Part shown: positions 22,461-35,605 of the stretch, one piece after another
Layout of the letters: every line of letters begins with the position of its first letter
Numbering within the stretch: the first letter of the stretch is position 1
Origin: Hydrolagus colliei
Taxonomy: Eukaryota
Assembly (NCBI GenBank): GCA_035084275.1
Contig: CM068761.1
Location: forward strand, 8,556,001-8,620,000
DNA: 64,000 nt
Direction of reading: 5' to 3'
Notes under the pieces: generated by a model
The model's database searches: none
The model's input: only the letters and a program-made list of their open reading frames with translations
Told to the model about the DNA's origin: nothing
Made by a program: the position numbers and the translations under genes

Positions 22461-24714
22461 AACTCAGCTGCCCGTCTGCCACCGTCGCATTTTTCAGGTA
22501 CCACCAAACTGGTCAGCGGCTTATGATGTCTTTCCAATGTGAAAGGTGCTCCATAAATGTAATTTTGTTGTTGTTGTTCAGTCCCATATTTCTATGTTCT
22601 GTTAATAAGTTTGATCAGTTTAATTAAAATAATCCTAACTATGATAATGATAACTGGATACCTGGGATAAATCATCTGCTCCAATGACTTTAAACAAAAT
22701 TCAATTATGACCACATGTCACAATGCACACGAAGAAGAAAACACTTTGTATCCTATCCAGCGATGACACAATTAAAATGAGCATTGACTTCAATAACCAT
22801 TATGGCTGAGAAACTGTAAGATATTAATATGCACAAATTGGCATCCACATCTACCTAAATAATATACGCCAGTGAAGCATCACCTGAAACGAAAAGTCAT
22901 CATTAAATGAAAGGTACTTTCTCAACGGTATTATTATTTATTTCTTTTTTAATACACTACAAGTGTGAGTTTTTTTATTGAAGGCCATTTTGGATTTCTA
23001 TGCATGAGCAAATCATTTGATCTTGACCTGTCAAAAATGTGCATGGAATGATCGCATGCTTCCATACAAGCGAGTTTTCAAATTTGAAGACTTGAGTAGA
23101 TCACTTTCTGAAATGCACTGGTGTGTATGTCCTACACTGGTGGAGGTGCCATCCTTTGGATTACACTTGAAACCAAATACCATTTTCTTGTTAATTTGGA
23201 AGTTAAGGATCCCATGTCACAATGGAAATGGGGAACAAAGCGTTTGGTGTCCTGGCCAACAATTGCCCCAAGTAAAACTATCATTCATTTCAAGGCTGTT
23301 TGTGAAACATCACCATACACTGATTTGCTGCTTCATTTTTCCAAACAGCATGCACAGGATATTCCGCGAAGCATCGTGACAGGTCCTCTTGCTATGAAAC
23401 GTGCTTTGTCAAAAGTGTTATCTATTTATTTCATTTAAAAGTACATGTATTATGGAAGTGTTGAGTTTAAAAATGAATGCAGTGTTGGGTTTTCTACGCA
23501 TGTGCAAGTTACTTTGACGTGTCCTAAATGTGCATGGGATCAGCGCATGGTCAGAAATGAATACACGTGAGAGGGAACTCTGGGGGAATCTTCACTTGAG
23601 GACTGTTCTTTTAGCGGGTTGTGTAACATTAATCTGCTTTTACGCTTCCCGTTCCAGTCTATAGCACAATTTCTATGTCAATGACATGTCCAGAAGATGG
23701 GACGTATGTCTTTGTATATTGATGCCATTATATCTCTGTTCCCTGGAAGGAAAAGTAGATTAACAGCCGTTAATGTTTTATCAGAAAAAGCAATGGCTGC
23801 AAATTAATTCACTGTGGCACTGATCTGGCTGTGATTCGCACAGGATGACTCCAGTCTCTGTTAAAGGGAACGTAACCGAAAAATGTGTGGACAACCTGTG
23901 TGTGGATTTTATTTGGTATTTTGTTTTGAATTGATGTCATAACAAATATATTGATAACTAAATACATGTTTGCAAACATCTTAATCCCTTCTTTTTTGGT
24001 ACCACGACTGTCTCCAGGTAAATCCCTTCGATCGAATAAGAAATAACTATCAAAAAGTCAAAACAAACCCAAATATGTCTATATGTGTGTGTGAGGGACG
24101 GGTAATAGCAAATGACAGTCGCCCCTCACGATTAATGTGTTGTTGTTCCCCAGGCTGGTTGATCAAGAGAGCCGGCACTGTATTCATTGTATATAACTTT
24201 GCCTGAAAGAAACGTTCTTTTATCATTGGGAAATGTGAATCGCGCTATCATTCTGCTGTTAAATATATTACATCTGCAGTGAGGCATGGTGCAGTAAAGG
24301 GAATCCTAGCGTGAGGGCAGGGCTGGTACCTGCCAAAAGGTGAATTGTAAAAAAGTATTTCAGAAATAGATAAACCGTATTTGTGAGGATCCCTGTCACC
24401 GGCTGTGAAGTGTGACGTGCACGGCAGGGTCTGTGTCAGTTCAGGTGTGGCTTGTCAGTGTGTAAACTGTAACTGAATGAAAATATGAAACTTTCCCAAC
24501 TACAAATTATCTTTCATCGGAACAAGCTTCACAAGTGAATAAATCTCCTTGTACCTGGGCAAGCGAATATTGCAGGATTCACACACTGCAAAGCGGTGAA
24601 CTACATGAATATTTAATAGAATAAGACCACGACACTGTCAATAATTGAAGTTTGTGCTATTTAAAAAAAGCTCTGTTTCACACTGCAATTGAAAACTAAC
24701 ATCATTTTCTGATG

Positions 24715-24985
24715 TCTTGTAGGTCAGTTTAGAACACTTGCCTTACAATCGAGTGACCTGGGTTTGATTCGTCAGGGCGAAACCTTGGGTAAATTACCTT
24801 ACCCCACACGCCCGATAATAATCCCTAAAACCCCCATTAATAAATTGATCATTTCACGACTGTTTGTTGGAAACAACTTTGCGTAATTGGCTGCCCCTTT
24901 CGCTCACGTATACACATTATATTCTGTGATGCGCTATCAGACGTCTAGAAGACGTGGAAAGCACCATTTTTAAATGAAGGATTAT
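24715..24985 (+). mobile_element. tRNA-derived SINE upstream of the Ig promoter (paralogs 46400-46690, 56455-56730)
   Basis: tRNA-like head, core tgcgtaattggctgcc, tail cagacgtctagaagacgtggaaagc and (tta)n. Confidence 0.65.
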
Positions 24986-25087
24986 TATTACTTTATCAAG
25001 GTCTTCAGGTTGACACAATAGTCAATGTTACCATGAACCAAATTTTGAAATCCGGGCAGTAAATTGGTTCAAATTTGCAAGATGCTA

Positions 25088-25200
25088 CATCTGCTGTTCA
25101 GAACAATGATTCCTATTGGACGATGGAAGCCGGAGGAGAATTTGCATAAATTGTGAATTCAACTGGACTTGCATCACCTGATGGTTCTTAAGGACAAGTC
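25088..25200 (+). promoter_or_regulatory. Ig V promoter, cluster 2: E-box CATCTG, ATTGG (CCAAT), octamer ATTTGCAT (25140-25147), E-box CACCTG
   Basis: Perfect Ig octamer ~125 bp upstream of the ATG; same motif order in clusters 4 and 5. Confidence 0.85.
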
Positions 25201-25272
25201 TACAATCGAGGCAGTAAAGTGGCTTTTGTCTGTGAATCACTGATTTCTCTGATGTTCATCAAACTGTTCACA

Positions 25273-25321
25273 ATGGGCGATTGGCTCCGAGTTCTGGCCA
25301 CTTTGCTCCTGTGTCTGCATG
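25273..25321 (+). CDS. IGLV: Ig leader exon, cluster 2
   Basis: MGDWLRVLATLLLCLH-G, donor gtaag. Confidence 0.92.
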
Positions 25322-25375
25322 GTAAGCGTTGCGGAATCCGCACTGATCTCAATTAGCTTCACTTTGTACAGTTAG

Positions 25376-25445
25376 TTCTACAGTGTGACCTATCTACAGT
25401 GTGACCTATCTACAGTGTGACTTATCTACAGTGTGACTTATCTGT
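25376..25445. repeat. 16-bp VNTR in the leader-V intron
   Basis: Unit tctacagtgtgac(c/t)ta; about 4 copies here, 3 in cluster 3, 2 in cluster 4, 4 in cluster 5. Confidence 0.85.
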
Positions 25446-25463
25446 GACTTGTTATTTCTTCAG

Positions 25464-25820
25464 GAACAACCGCAGCTGTTACGCTGACTCAGCCACCGTC
25501 CATCTCAACCTCCCCGGGAAACACCGTCAAGATCACCTGTACCATGTCCGGAGGCAGCATCGGCAGCTACTACACGAGCTGGTACCAGCAGAAGCCTGGC
25601 AGCGCCCCTGTGTTTGTTTGGTATGAGTACAGTAGTAGCTCCATCAGAGGTCAGGGGATTCCTGATCGATTCACTGGTTCTGTGGACTCATCGAGCAACG
25701 CCATGCATTTAACCATCAGCGGTGTGCAACCGGAGGACGCCGCCGATTACGACTGTGGTGTCTGGTATAGCACCAGCTATCCCTTCATCTTTGGTACAAG
25801 GACCAAGCTGATTTTGAAAA
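25464..25820 (+). CDS. IGLV: Germline-joined VJ exon, cluster 2
   Basis: 357-nt open exon; CDR3 [13 protein letters not shown]; atypical YDC and FGTRT. Confidence 0.92.
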
Positions 25821-27845
25821 GTAAGTAATCTTGTTTCGACTTTAGATGATAATTGTGATCACGTCAGGAGGACGTCCAAATATAATTGTATGTTTGTCTG
25901 TATTCGATATTGTTTCACACGCTTTCTGTGATAGTTACATCTGGTTTCCTAATGGTAAACCTTTTATGTGGAAATCGGAATTTTTAAAGAATCAAACACA
26001 CGATACCTGATGTTAACTGAAATTCTGTGAACAATTTGGACGGATATTACAGCCAACTAACAATGGTAAAAAGGTGGAGAAGGACTGACATAAGCGAAGA
26101 TGAGATCATCGTGGTGATATTTATACTTAACATTCTGAAGGCTTGAAGATGTCAGATTCACTGAAGCACCGCTTAGAGATCCTGATAAAGAATGAGCTAC
26201 ACCAGGGAAATTAGTTCACACTTCACGCCTGAGATTGAAGTTAAATCTCTTTGTGCCAGATTATTTAATTTCTATGTTTACTTGTTAACCTCTTTCCCCA
26301 GTTTGTCAGCACGAAGTGATGTTTAAAAGAATCTCCATAAGGAGATCAACAGTATATTTCCATCTGGTGACTGTCGCTGGGGTCTAATGGACCGATTGGT
26401 GAGCGGTTCAATCTCAGAGGGAACCAGATACCCTGAAAATAGTGTTCGTCCGTGACTAACTGATCATTTTGAAAATTTAAACTTCTTTGAGACTGAGTAA
26501 CATTATATGTAACCAATATATGGATGATATAGAATAACTCTTGCCCAGTTTGTTCTCAGCATTAGTACGCATTCAAATCTAATCAATTCGTTTTAGAATA
26601 ATTCAAATGTTATAATCTGCTCCGTGTTATTGCCATGAACAGTCTTTGCATTTTAACATTTTTCTATTCCAGAGTTCTATTCGGAGTTGTTCAAATATTT
26701 TAATTTCTCCCCATTACCCCGATTAAAATACATTTCTATTTTACCATTTATTGAACGCATTTATCTTCAGATTTCTAATTTTACAAACGTATTATTTTCT
26801 CCCAATTCCGTGGTTGATGTCGCTAAGGGCAGCACCATTGGAGAGACTCAATAATATCATGGTTTTCACCACAAGTTGCTGCAGTTGGTCAGATGGGAAT
26901 CATTCCTCATTAAAGACAGAGGCTGAGCGCCGGCTCAATCTGGTCAAAATACATTTTCTTCCTTGAAAATTAACTTTATTGTTGCCCTCAGGCATCATAT
27001 GAAAGGGATTCCCATTTGCGTATTGTGTATTGTGATTTGTGTATTGTTAATTGTGACTTGTGTATTGTGCGCTGTTAATTATGAATTAAAATCAGCAAAT
27101 ACGGTGCCAAATAAATTATTGTGAAATCGGAAGCCCCTTTCTGTAACCAATCAAACATTGGATTCTGATTGTGCTCTTAAATAGTTTTTCAGTGCAGAGT
27201 GTTTGGACAAAAGGACAACGTTTATTTTCGTCCTATTTTCAGGATCTTACTCTTTTTACAAACTCTATCGAATTAATAATGATGTTTCACTGCGCTTTCA
27301 CTCAGCGCCTCCCGCCACATAATCCTTGTGACGCGACGTTTAGTGTCCAGTGTTATTTCTTCTGATTGTATTTACTAATTAGGTGAATTGAGGAAAATTT
27401 TAACGATTGCCCACCACTGCAAAAAAACCCTATAATAAATTGGTCATTTCAATCCACGACATTTTGTGAGACACTGCCTTGCGCAATTGGTTTGTACAGT
27501 ATATTTTGAGAAATTTAAGACGCCAAGAGCACTATATCAAATGCGAGGATTATTATGATTATTGTTGAGCTCTCAGCAGCAAACTATTGATAGTATAATA
27601 ATGAACGGTGTGTGATGGTGTATGATGACCCCCAACACTCATTGTTCCCTTTATATTGTTACACTTGAACATTACCGTCTAAAACTCTACACAAGAAAAT
27701 ATTTTACCATATACAGGAATATGAACTACTGTATAGGATTATTTATTGGTGATCCTGAAGTTTTGTCGTGCTATTCAACAGGCCGATTGTAACTTAAAAT
27801 GTTAAAAAATGAATTAAAACTTTTTGATCCACATTTTTGTTCCAG

Positions 27846-28168
27846 ACCCACGGGCCCCCTCGGTGACGGTCCTTCCGCCGTCACCAGATCAAATCACAGC
27901 TAATTGCAAGGCGACCCTGGTGTGTCTGGTGAATGATTTTAACCCGGGAGCTGTGGAGGTCAAGTGGACTGTGGATGGCAGTGCCAGAAGTGAAAGTGTT
28001 GAAACGAGTGCGATCAATCAGGAGGTGGACAACACTTACAGTGTGAGCAGTTATCTGACTCTGCCAGCCTCCGAGTGGGAGTCACACGAGCTGTATTCCT
28101 GTCTGGTCACACACGAGACTCGGGGGACTCCGCTCGAAAAAACCATCGCCAGATCCAGTTGTATCTAA
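27846..28168 (+). CDS. IGLC: Constant exon, cluster 2
   Basis: Acceptor gttccag; open frame to RSSCI*; extra Cys (ITANCK); AATAAA at 28481. Confidence 0.93.
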
Positions 28169-30169
28169 ATTAGAAGCATACAGAGCTAGTAGAATTTGTC
28201 TTTGGCAATCTACATTAATAATAAGAACTGTGTTAATAAGTGTTTGGAAATTAAAGTAATTAGGTCAGGAATGCCTAAATTGAAAAATAAATTCGCTTAA
28301 ATACCTCCAATAAATTTCCAACTAAAGAAAGAAGCTGTTAGATTTTTAAGTAGAGTGTTACAATACGGCAATAATAATTTTTCTGTTTCCTGGAATTAAA
28401 TAGTTGTACTTTATAGTTGTTCACGATGCAAGAATCAAACGCCCTGTGCAACATTACAGAAATAAGAAATACTACAGTTTAATAAAATAACTCTTTCATT
28501 TCCATCTGTGCCATGGCTATTTTTCTTCCATTTCTGCTCTAATTTCATTATTATTTTGTCTAAAACACGACGTTGATCTGATCAATTAAACATACATGCA
28601 GTATTTATATGCCTTTGAAATTTATCGAGCAGAATTTTGGAAACATCTTAATCTTGGTCGCTAATTGGGATCCTTTTCATGTTGTTGTTAAAAAGAACCA
28701 TCCTTCAAAGTAAACCCAATATCAATTAAAATTAAAGTGAATTCAAATTATTGCACAATGTTCAGTGTTAAGTCATGATTGTTGTTACAGGCTGAGTACG
28801 TGTGAAATGCTCTCCCCAACAATACGGTACATCCACCTTGGGTTTGGAAGATAATTAATTTAGATACTTTTGCCCCCTGCCTCTCCAGCCCGCCAATCTC
28901 TATAGAACTAAATCAAAGTATTACTCAAGTGCTTCACTCGATCATTATGCTGAGCTTTTGTGTTGTCAGAAGGAGTCACAACCTATTGAAAGGTTATATG
29001 ACCATCAGATGCAAATGAAATATCAAAATGTACCCACTCCGAAGAGCTCATTGTAGAGTTCCTCCCCTCCCCACCCCGTGTTCAGTGAGCTCCAAACCTG
29101 CCTTAAAGATACCAACTTCCGCATTGCAGCATTGCACAGACCTTTTAACACACGCAGTTGTCCCTGGAGTTTCTTTCAATACTTTAATCTGCTGTCCATT
29201 CTAGTCAATGTTTTCACTTTGTTGCAAACAATTAAATCAGTACATTTTAACCACTAAATAGATCTGTTCTTTGTGGGTCGATATCAAAACAAGTATAAAA
29301 CATTGAAATGGAACTATGGTAATAGGAAGCTGGACAACTACGTGTCTGAAATATTCGAATTGCAGCTGGTACGTATGTAATCGAGATGTTCACATAACTC
29401 ATATGGAATGAATCCGAAGCTCTGGCTAATGTAACAATATAATAGCATATAGTTATGGTTGAATTGAGAGAATTGATTATTTGGAAGCGAATAGTATAAT
29501 TGATTGAACCAATAAAAACAATGAAATAGTAAAATGAATGAAACACTCAACACAACCGACAGTGTGCGGGCCATGTTCGGCATTCACATAATATAGTTTG
29601 CTTGTCTCCTAGTCTATGAATTTGCATTTGTTAATGCTTATGAATGCTTATCACAACCAACCAGGTCCGAGATCCACGTTGACGTATTCTGACTCATGCG
29701 CTAATTTGTGAGTAAAAATTGTAAGTGTTGATTGTACTTCATGGGGGAGGAGGATTCAAAAATGTTATTTTGGTCATCGTTCACCACCATTTTATATTCT
29801 GTTTTGGTGGGCCTAATGCCGGAAAACACCTATTGATACGGCATAAACGTGTGCTTAATGACAACGATACTTAAGAAATCTTTTTAACGTAGTGGATATA
29901 TAATCTCTTTAAGTAATTATCAATACTGGATCTGCTCAAGTAACGTTGGGGATTTGTTGTTAAAAATGTGATTTTAAGTGAAATACCGTATAGGGAAACC
30001 TAAATGACCATAGCCCCTAATGCAATCAACAGGGATTATGCGTCTTGAGCACATTTCTGGTTCACATTTTCTGACACTAATATTGAATAAAGTTCAAAAA
30101 GAACACCACTAGTATTGAAAATAAAAATTAAATAAAAGTTTAAAGTTTAATAAGCACTTAAATTGGATA

Positions 30170-31070
30170 ATAACAACAAAAGTACATTGATAGAGCGCCT
30201 TTCATGTCAGGAGTATATCCCAAGTCGTTGAACAGACAGATCAGGTCTCGATCAGTTAAATGGGGGGTGGGGGGACGGAGAATAGGAAAGGGGGGAGTGT
30301 TAGGCAGTGAGGAGAAGGCACGGTCAAAGAGCAAGATGTTGAGACCGACCTAAAAGGAGGAAAGGGAGGAACAGAGGTGAACGGGTTGTAGAATGGAGTT
30401 CCAGAGTGTGGGGCAGTGTGGCTGAAAGCCGGGTCACTATGATAGGTCAGTTTCGGATGGGGAACATGGAGCAGGAAAGAGCCCGCTGAACAGTGGGGAT
30501 GGGCACGCTGATAGGGAGTCAGTAGGTTGGAAAGATAGGCCGAGAGAAGGCAATGGATGGCCTTGAAAGTGAGGATCAGGATCTGGAATTTAACCATGTG
30601 GATGATGGGGAGCCAGTGGAGATGTGCGAGGTTGGGAGTGATGTGGTCGCGGAGCCTAATGCAGGAGAGTCCATGAGCTGCAGAGTTCTGAATAGTCTTC
30701 TTTATTTGAGCCTAGATGTGATGAAAGCGTGGATGAGTTTTTCAGCAGCATGGGGGATGAGGTAGTGGCGGAGTCTATCAATGCTGCGGAGTTATTGGAA
30801 GGCTGTACTGGTCATGGAGCGGATTTATGGGTGGAAGGATACTTTGGGGTTGAACAAGACACCCAGATTCCTGACTGGCTTCAAGAGGTGGAGAGTGCAC
30901 CCTTGAATGCCGATGTTGCCCGCACCTGAGCTGTGGAGTCTCTGGCGTGAGTGAATCAGGATGGCCTCTGTCTTGTTGATGTTTAGTTGGCGAATGTTGT
31001 CCATTGTCGAGGATTAAATGATGGACAGACATGCAGTCAGAATTGCATTAGTCCTGGAGTTGAGGGTGGA
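30170..31070 (-). mobile_element. L2 3' fragment (paralog of 280-1190)
   Basis: Near-colinear with the window start. Confidence 0.75.
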
Positions 31071-32865
31071 AGCGGAAAGGTAGAGTTGGGTGTCTTCCGC
31101 TTAAATATCGGGAGTATGCACCAAAACTCATCATCCGTGCTGTGATTGGTTTGCAATTGTGATGGGTGGATGCACGACCAATGTACGATGAACGAGAAAG
31201 GACTTGAGATGAGATTTCAAAGAGTGAAGGCAGTGCAAGGCAAAGTGTTTCCAAGACACTTTTCCCAAGAAGTATGGCCAAAACATGATGAAGGCCTTTC
31301 GTGTTGAATGCAAGAATGATTGCCTCTGCAGCATAAGTGGAGAGGCAGTGGCAGTGTTCTTCAACGCTGTGGAAGTGCTGGAATACAGAACTGTGGGTGG
31401 CATCCACATTGGAAAAAAAAAGATTTGCATCCAAGAGAATATTGACAATTTGTAGAAGCTCTGGGCAGTGAAAAATGAAACTGTGAATAGTGCTGTTGTC
31501 AGTTCTTTGGGTGAGGAATTGGAAACAGGAGCCAAATGTGATGGCCTTCACCTTGTCAACTTTAAACTGGAGACAATTAGCCATTATTCAGGGCTTGCTG
31601 CCTGAAAATGGCAGGAAACACATTGAGAAATATGGAGGAACAGCTTGAGCACATGTTTATTTGTAAACAACAACAACAAAATACAATTTCTGTAGCGCCT
31701 TTCACATTGGGAGGACGTCCCAAGGCACTGATCAGAGAGGTAGGGACCAGAGCGGCGGGCAGGGGTCAGGGTACGAGGAAGGAGAGTAAGAGAAGTGACG
31801 GTATATTTGTGAGCTAAACACGGCAGCCAAAAATTGCGCACAGCAGTGTCCCACGGGCTAGGGGAGAAAGGTGGAAAAGAGCATAAGAGGGGAGAGGGTG
31901 GGAAAGATGGGGTGAGGTAACGTCGGGGAGGAAAAGGGTTGGAGAAAGGCGAGTAAGGTGTCGAGGGAGGGAAAGGTGATGGTGGGATTAAAATCAGGGT
32001 GAAATGGGGGAGTAAAGGGGTTAAGGGGGAACAGGGAGGGAAGGGATAAAAGTGGGAGAGGGAAAGAATGGGGGACAAGCGAGCAGTTGGATGGAAGAGG
32101 GAGAAGAGTGGGGGTGAAGAAAGGTAAGAAAGGTGGGAAGAGAGGGAGAGGAAAGAAAAGGAAGGGGATAGAGAGGGTAGAGTTGAAAGAGCGAGAGGAA
32201 GGAAAGGGGTAGGAGGTGGTGGGGAAGAGAGAGGATGAAAGAGAGGCAATGAAAGAGGGAAGTGAAGAGGAGTGGGGGGTAGAGATAGGCAAATAAGAGA
32301 GGTAAAATGGGAGGAGAGAAAGGAGGAATGGTAGCGAGGGAAGAAAAGTGGGGAAAGGTTAGAGGGAAAATTGGGGTGATTAATGAATGGCAACAAAAAA
32401 ACAACAATAACAATAATGAAGTCCTTGAGCTCGCTTTGGATGTTAGATTTCTAAGTATGAGAAAATCACTTGACCTTGACCTGTCAAAAACATGCATTGG
32501 ATAATTGCATGCGAAGACTTCCATACAAGTGAGTTTTCAAATTTGAAGAATTGAGTGTATCAGCTTCTGAAATGCTCTGATGTGTATGTCCTACACTGTT
32601 GGAGGTGCCATCCTTTGGATTACACTTGAAACCAAATACCATTTTCTTGTTAATATGGATGCTAAATATCCCATGTCACAATGCAAATGGGGAACAAAGC
32701 GTTTGGTGTCCTGGCCAACAATTGCCCCAATAAAATTATCATTCATTTCAAGGCTGTTTGTGAAACATCACCACACACTAATTGGCTGCTACATTTTTCT
32801 AAACAGCATCTACAGTGTTCTGTGAAGCATCGTGACTGGTCCTCTTGATATGAAAGGTTCTTTGT

Positions 32866-33220
32866 GAACAACAGCTTTAGTTTATATTCATATATGGTGC
32901 CCAACACGATGGAGGGCATCTCAGAGCTCTTCACAATAGCGGATCCCGGGATCGAGCCAGGGGCAGGGGTAGAAAGCTGAGAAAAGGCGGGGTCGAAGAG
33001 AAAGGTCTTGAACTGCGACCTGAAACTGAGAAGAGAGGGGGCGAGGTGAAGGGAGTGAAGAATGGAGTTCCAGAGGCTTGGGGCATAGTGGTTGAAGGCA
33101 CAGCCACTGTGGGTGGAGCGGAGGATTCGGGGGACATGGAGGAGGCCAGACCCGGTGGAGCGTAATCGGGAGCTGGTTTGGGGAGATCAGACAGATAGGG
33201 ATTTGCAGAGGAGTGGAGGG
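32866..33220 (-). mobile_element. Short L2 3' insertion
   Basis: Interrupts the spacer motif gctttgt|caaaag; same family as 44429-45113. Confidence 0.75.
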
Positions 33221-34589
33221 TCAAAAGTATTATCTATCTGTTCATTTAATTTAACCGTCAATGTATTATGGAAGTATTCAGTTTAAAAATGAATGCAGCG
33301 CTGGATTTTCCACGCATGTGCAAGTTATTTGACTTTGACTTGTCCTAAACGTGCATGGGATCAGCTCATGGACAAAATTGAATACACGTGAGTGGGAACT
33401 CTGGGGGAAATCTTCACTTGAGGACTGTTCTTCTTTTAGCGTATTGTGTAACATAACTCTATTCTTACACTCCCCGTTCCAATCTATATCACAATTTAGA
33501 TGTCAGAGACATGTCCAGAAGATGGGACTTGTGTGTTCTTTTTTCATAAGACGGAAAAGTAGATTCACAGCTGTTAATGTTTTATCAGAAAAAGCAGCCG
33601 CTGTAATTCACTGTGGCACTGATCTGGCTGTGATTCACACAGGGGCGACTGCCGACTGTTTTAAAGGGAATGAAACCGAAAAAAATGTGTGGACAACCTA
33701 TGCATGGATTTTCTTTCGTATTCTGTTTTGAATTGGTGTCATAACAAATATATGTATAAATATATATATTCAAAAATATTAAGCCTATCTTTTTTCCTAC
33801 CACGACTGTCTCCAGGTAAATTCCTTCGATCGAATCAGAAATAACTAGCATGAAGTCAAAACAAACCCAAATATGTCCATCTGTGTGTGAGGGATGGGTA
33901 ACAGCCAATGACACGGGATTTGCCATTTGTGGGGTTGCGGTGGCGATGCCTTGACTGTGGAGGCCAAACACTGTATGTGATAACCCCCTGTCTCTAAAGT
34001 GTTGCTGTTCCCCTGGCTGGCTGATCAAGTGAGAGGTCACTGTATTCAATGTTTGTAACGTTGCCTGAAAGAAACGTTCGTTTATCATCGGTAATGCGAG
34101 GCATTGGGCCGTGTCTGAGAGAATCCTAGCGTGATGGCAAAGTTGGTACCTGCCTGAATGTGAATTGGTGAAGTTGTTTCAGAAAACAGTATATACAATT
34201 CGAGGAACCTTGTCACCGGCTGTAAATTGTGATTTTCACAGCTGGGTCTCTGTATCGATTCAAGTGTGGCTTGTCAGTGTGTAAACTGTAACTGAATGAA
34301 ACGTTGAAACACATCTTTCATCGGAACAAGCTTCACAAGTGTATAATACTCTTTGTACCTGGGCAAGCGAATCTTGCAGGATTGACACACCGCAAAACCG
34401 TGAACTACATGAACCACATACATATTTAATAGAACAAGATTTTTCCACGATGCTGCAAATTGTTGATATTTGTGCTGCTTTAAAAAAATACTGTTTCATA
34501 CTGTAAATGAAAACTAGCATCATTATCTGATGTCCTGTAGCACAGTGGTTGGAGCACTCGTCTGAGAAACGAGAGACTTGGGTTCGAAC

Positions 34590-34629
34590 TGGCTCCGAGT
34601 TCTGGCCGCTTTGCTCCTGTGTCTGCATG
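34590..34629 (+). pseudogene. IGLV: Leader-exon remnant, cluster 3 (ATG and promoter deleted, fused to a SINE head)
   Basis: tggctccgag...ctgcatg|gtaag is preceded directly by a tRNA-SINE head (34531-34589); in-frame TGA at 34563, no in-frame ATG. Confidence 0.9.
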
Positions 34630-34755
34630 GTAAGCGCTGCGGAATCCGCACTGATCTCAATTAGCTTCACTTTGTACAGTTAGTTCTACAGTGTGACTTA
34701 TTTACAGTGTGACCCATCTACAGAGTGACTTTTCTGTGACTTGTTATTTCTCCAG

Positions 34756-35100
34756 GAACAACCGCAGCTGTTACCCTGACTCAGCCACCGTCCATCTCAA
34801 CATCCCCGGGAAACACCGTCAAGATCACCTGTACCATGTCCGGAGGCAGGATCGGCAGCTACTACACGAGCTGGTACCAGCAGAAGCCTGGCAGCGCCCA
34901 TGTGTTTGTTTGGCGTGATTATGACTCCACCAGAGGTCAGGGGATTCCTGATCGATTCACTGGTTCCGTGGACTCATCGAGCAACGCCATGCATTTAACC
35001 ATCAGCGGTGTGCAGCCGGAGCACGCTGCCGATTACTACTGTGGTGGGTGGGATAGCAACAGCTTCACCTTTGGTAAAGGGACCAAGCTGAGTTTGAAAA
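34756..35100 (+). pseudogene. IGLV: Germline-joined VJ exon, cluster 3
   Basis: Open 345-nt exon; CDR3 CGGWDSNSFTF. Confidence 0.92.
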
Positions 35101-35364
35101 GTAAGTGATCTTCTTTCAACATTCCATGATGATTGTGATCTAATTCTCTTACAGTTTTCACAATAATAGCAAAAATATCAACGACAAAATTGCTCTTGTA
35201 TAGAACGTTTCACCTCAGGAGGATGTCCGATTATATTTGTATGTTTGTCTGTATTCGATATTGTTTCAGACGCTTTCTGCAAGTTTCGCACCTGGTTAAA
35301 AGCTTCGCAATGATAAACCGTTCATGTGGGAACCCGAATTTTTAAACAATAAAACAAATTACGC

Positions 35365-35605
35365 TATTCACGTTGGGAGGACGTCCGAAGGCGCCTAACA
35401 GTTAGGTCAGGAAGCGAGCAGAGGGTGGAAGGGTCGGGGTAGGGGAAGGGGACGGGGAGTAGGGAAGGGGGAGAGTTAGGACGGCAGAAGAAGGCTCTGT
35501 AGAATAGGATGTTTTTGAGTCCGGCCTTGAAGGACGAAGCAAGACGAAGGGAATGCGGGATGGAGTTCCAGAGAGTGGGGGCAGAGAACCAAACACCCGA
35601 ACCCT
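35365..35605 (-). mobile_element. L2 3' fragment in the cluster 3 J-C intron
   Basis: Minus strand: ccccactctctggaactccatccc...gccttcggacgtcctcccaacgtgaa tail. Confidence 0.65.

Noticed and set aside
24270-24350. Conserved exon-like block ending aag|gtgaat upstream of each promoter
   Set aside because: No recognisable peptide in any frame; conservation is explained by recent unit duplication.
33585-34088. 167-aa minus-strand ORF (…SQGIATATPQMANPV…) as a gene
   Set aside because: No recognisable family; paralogous spacer copies are interrupted or lack it.
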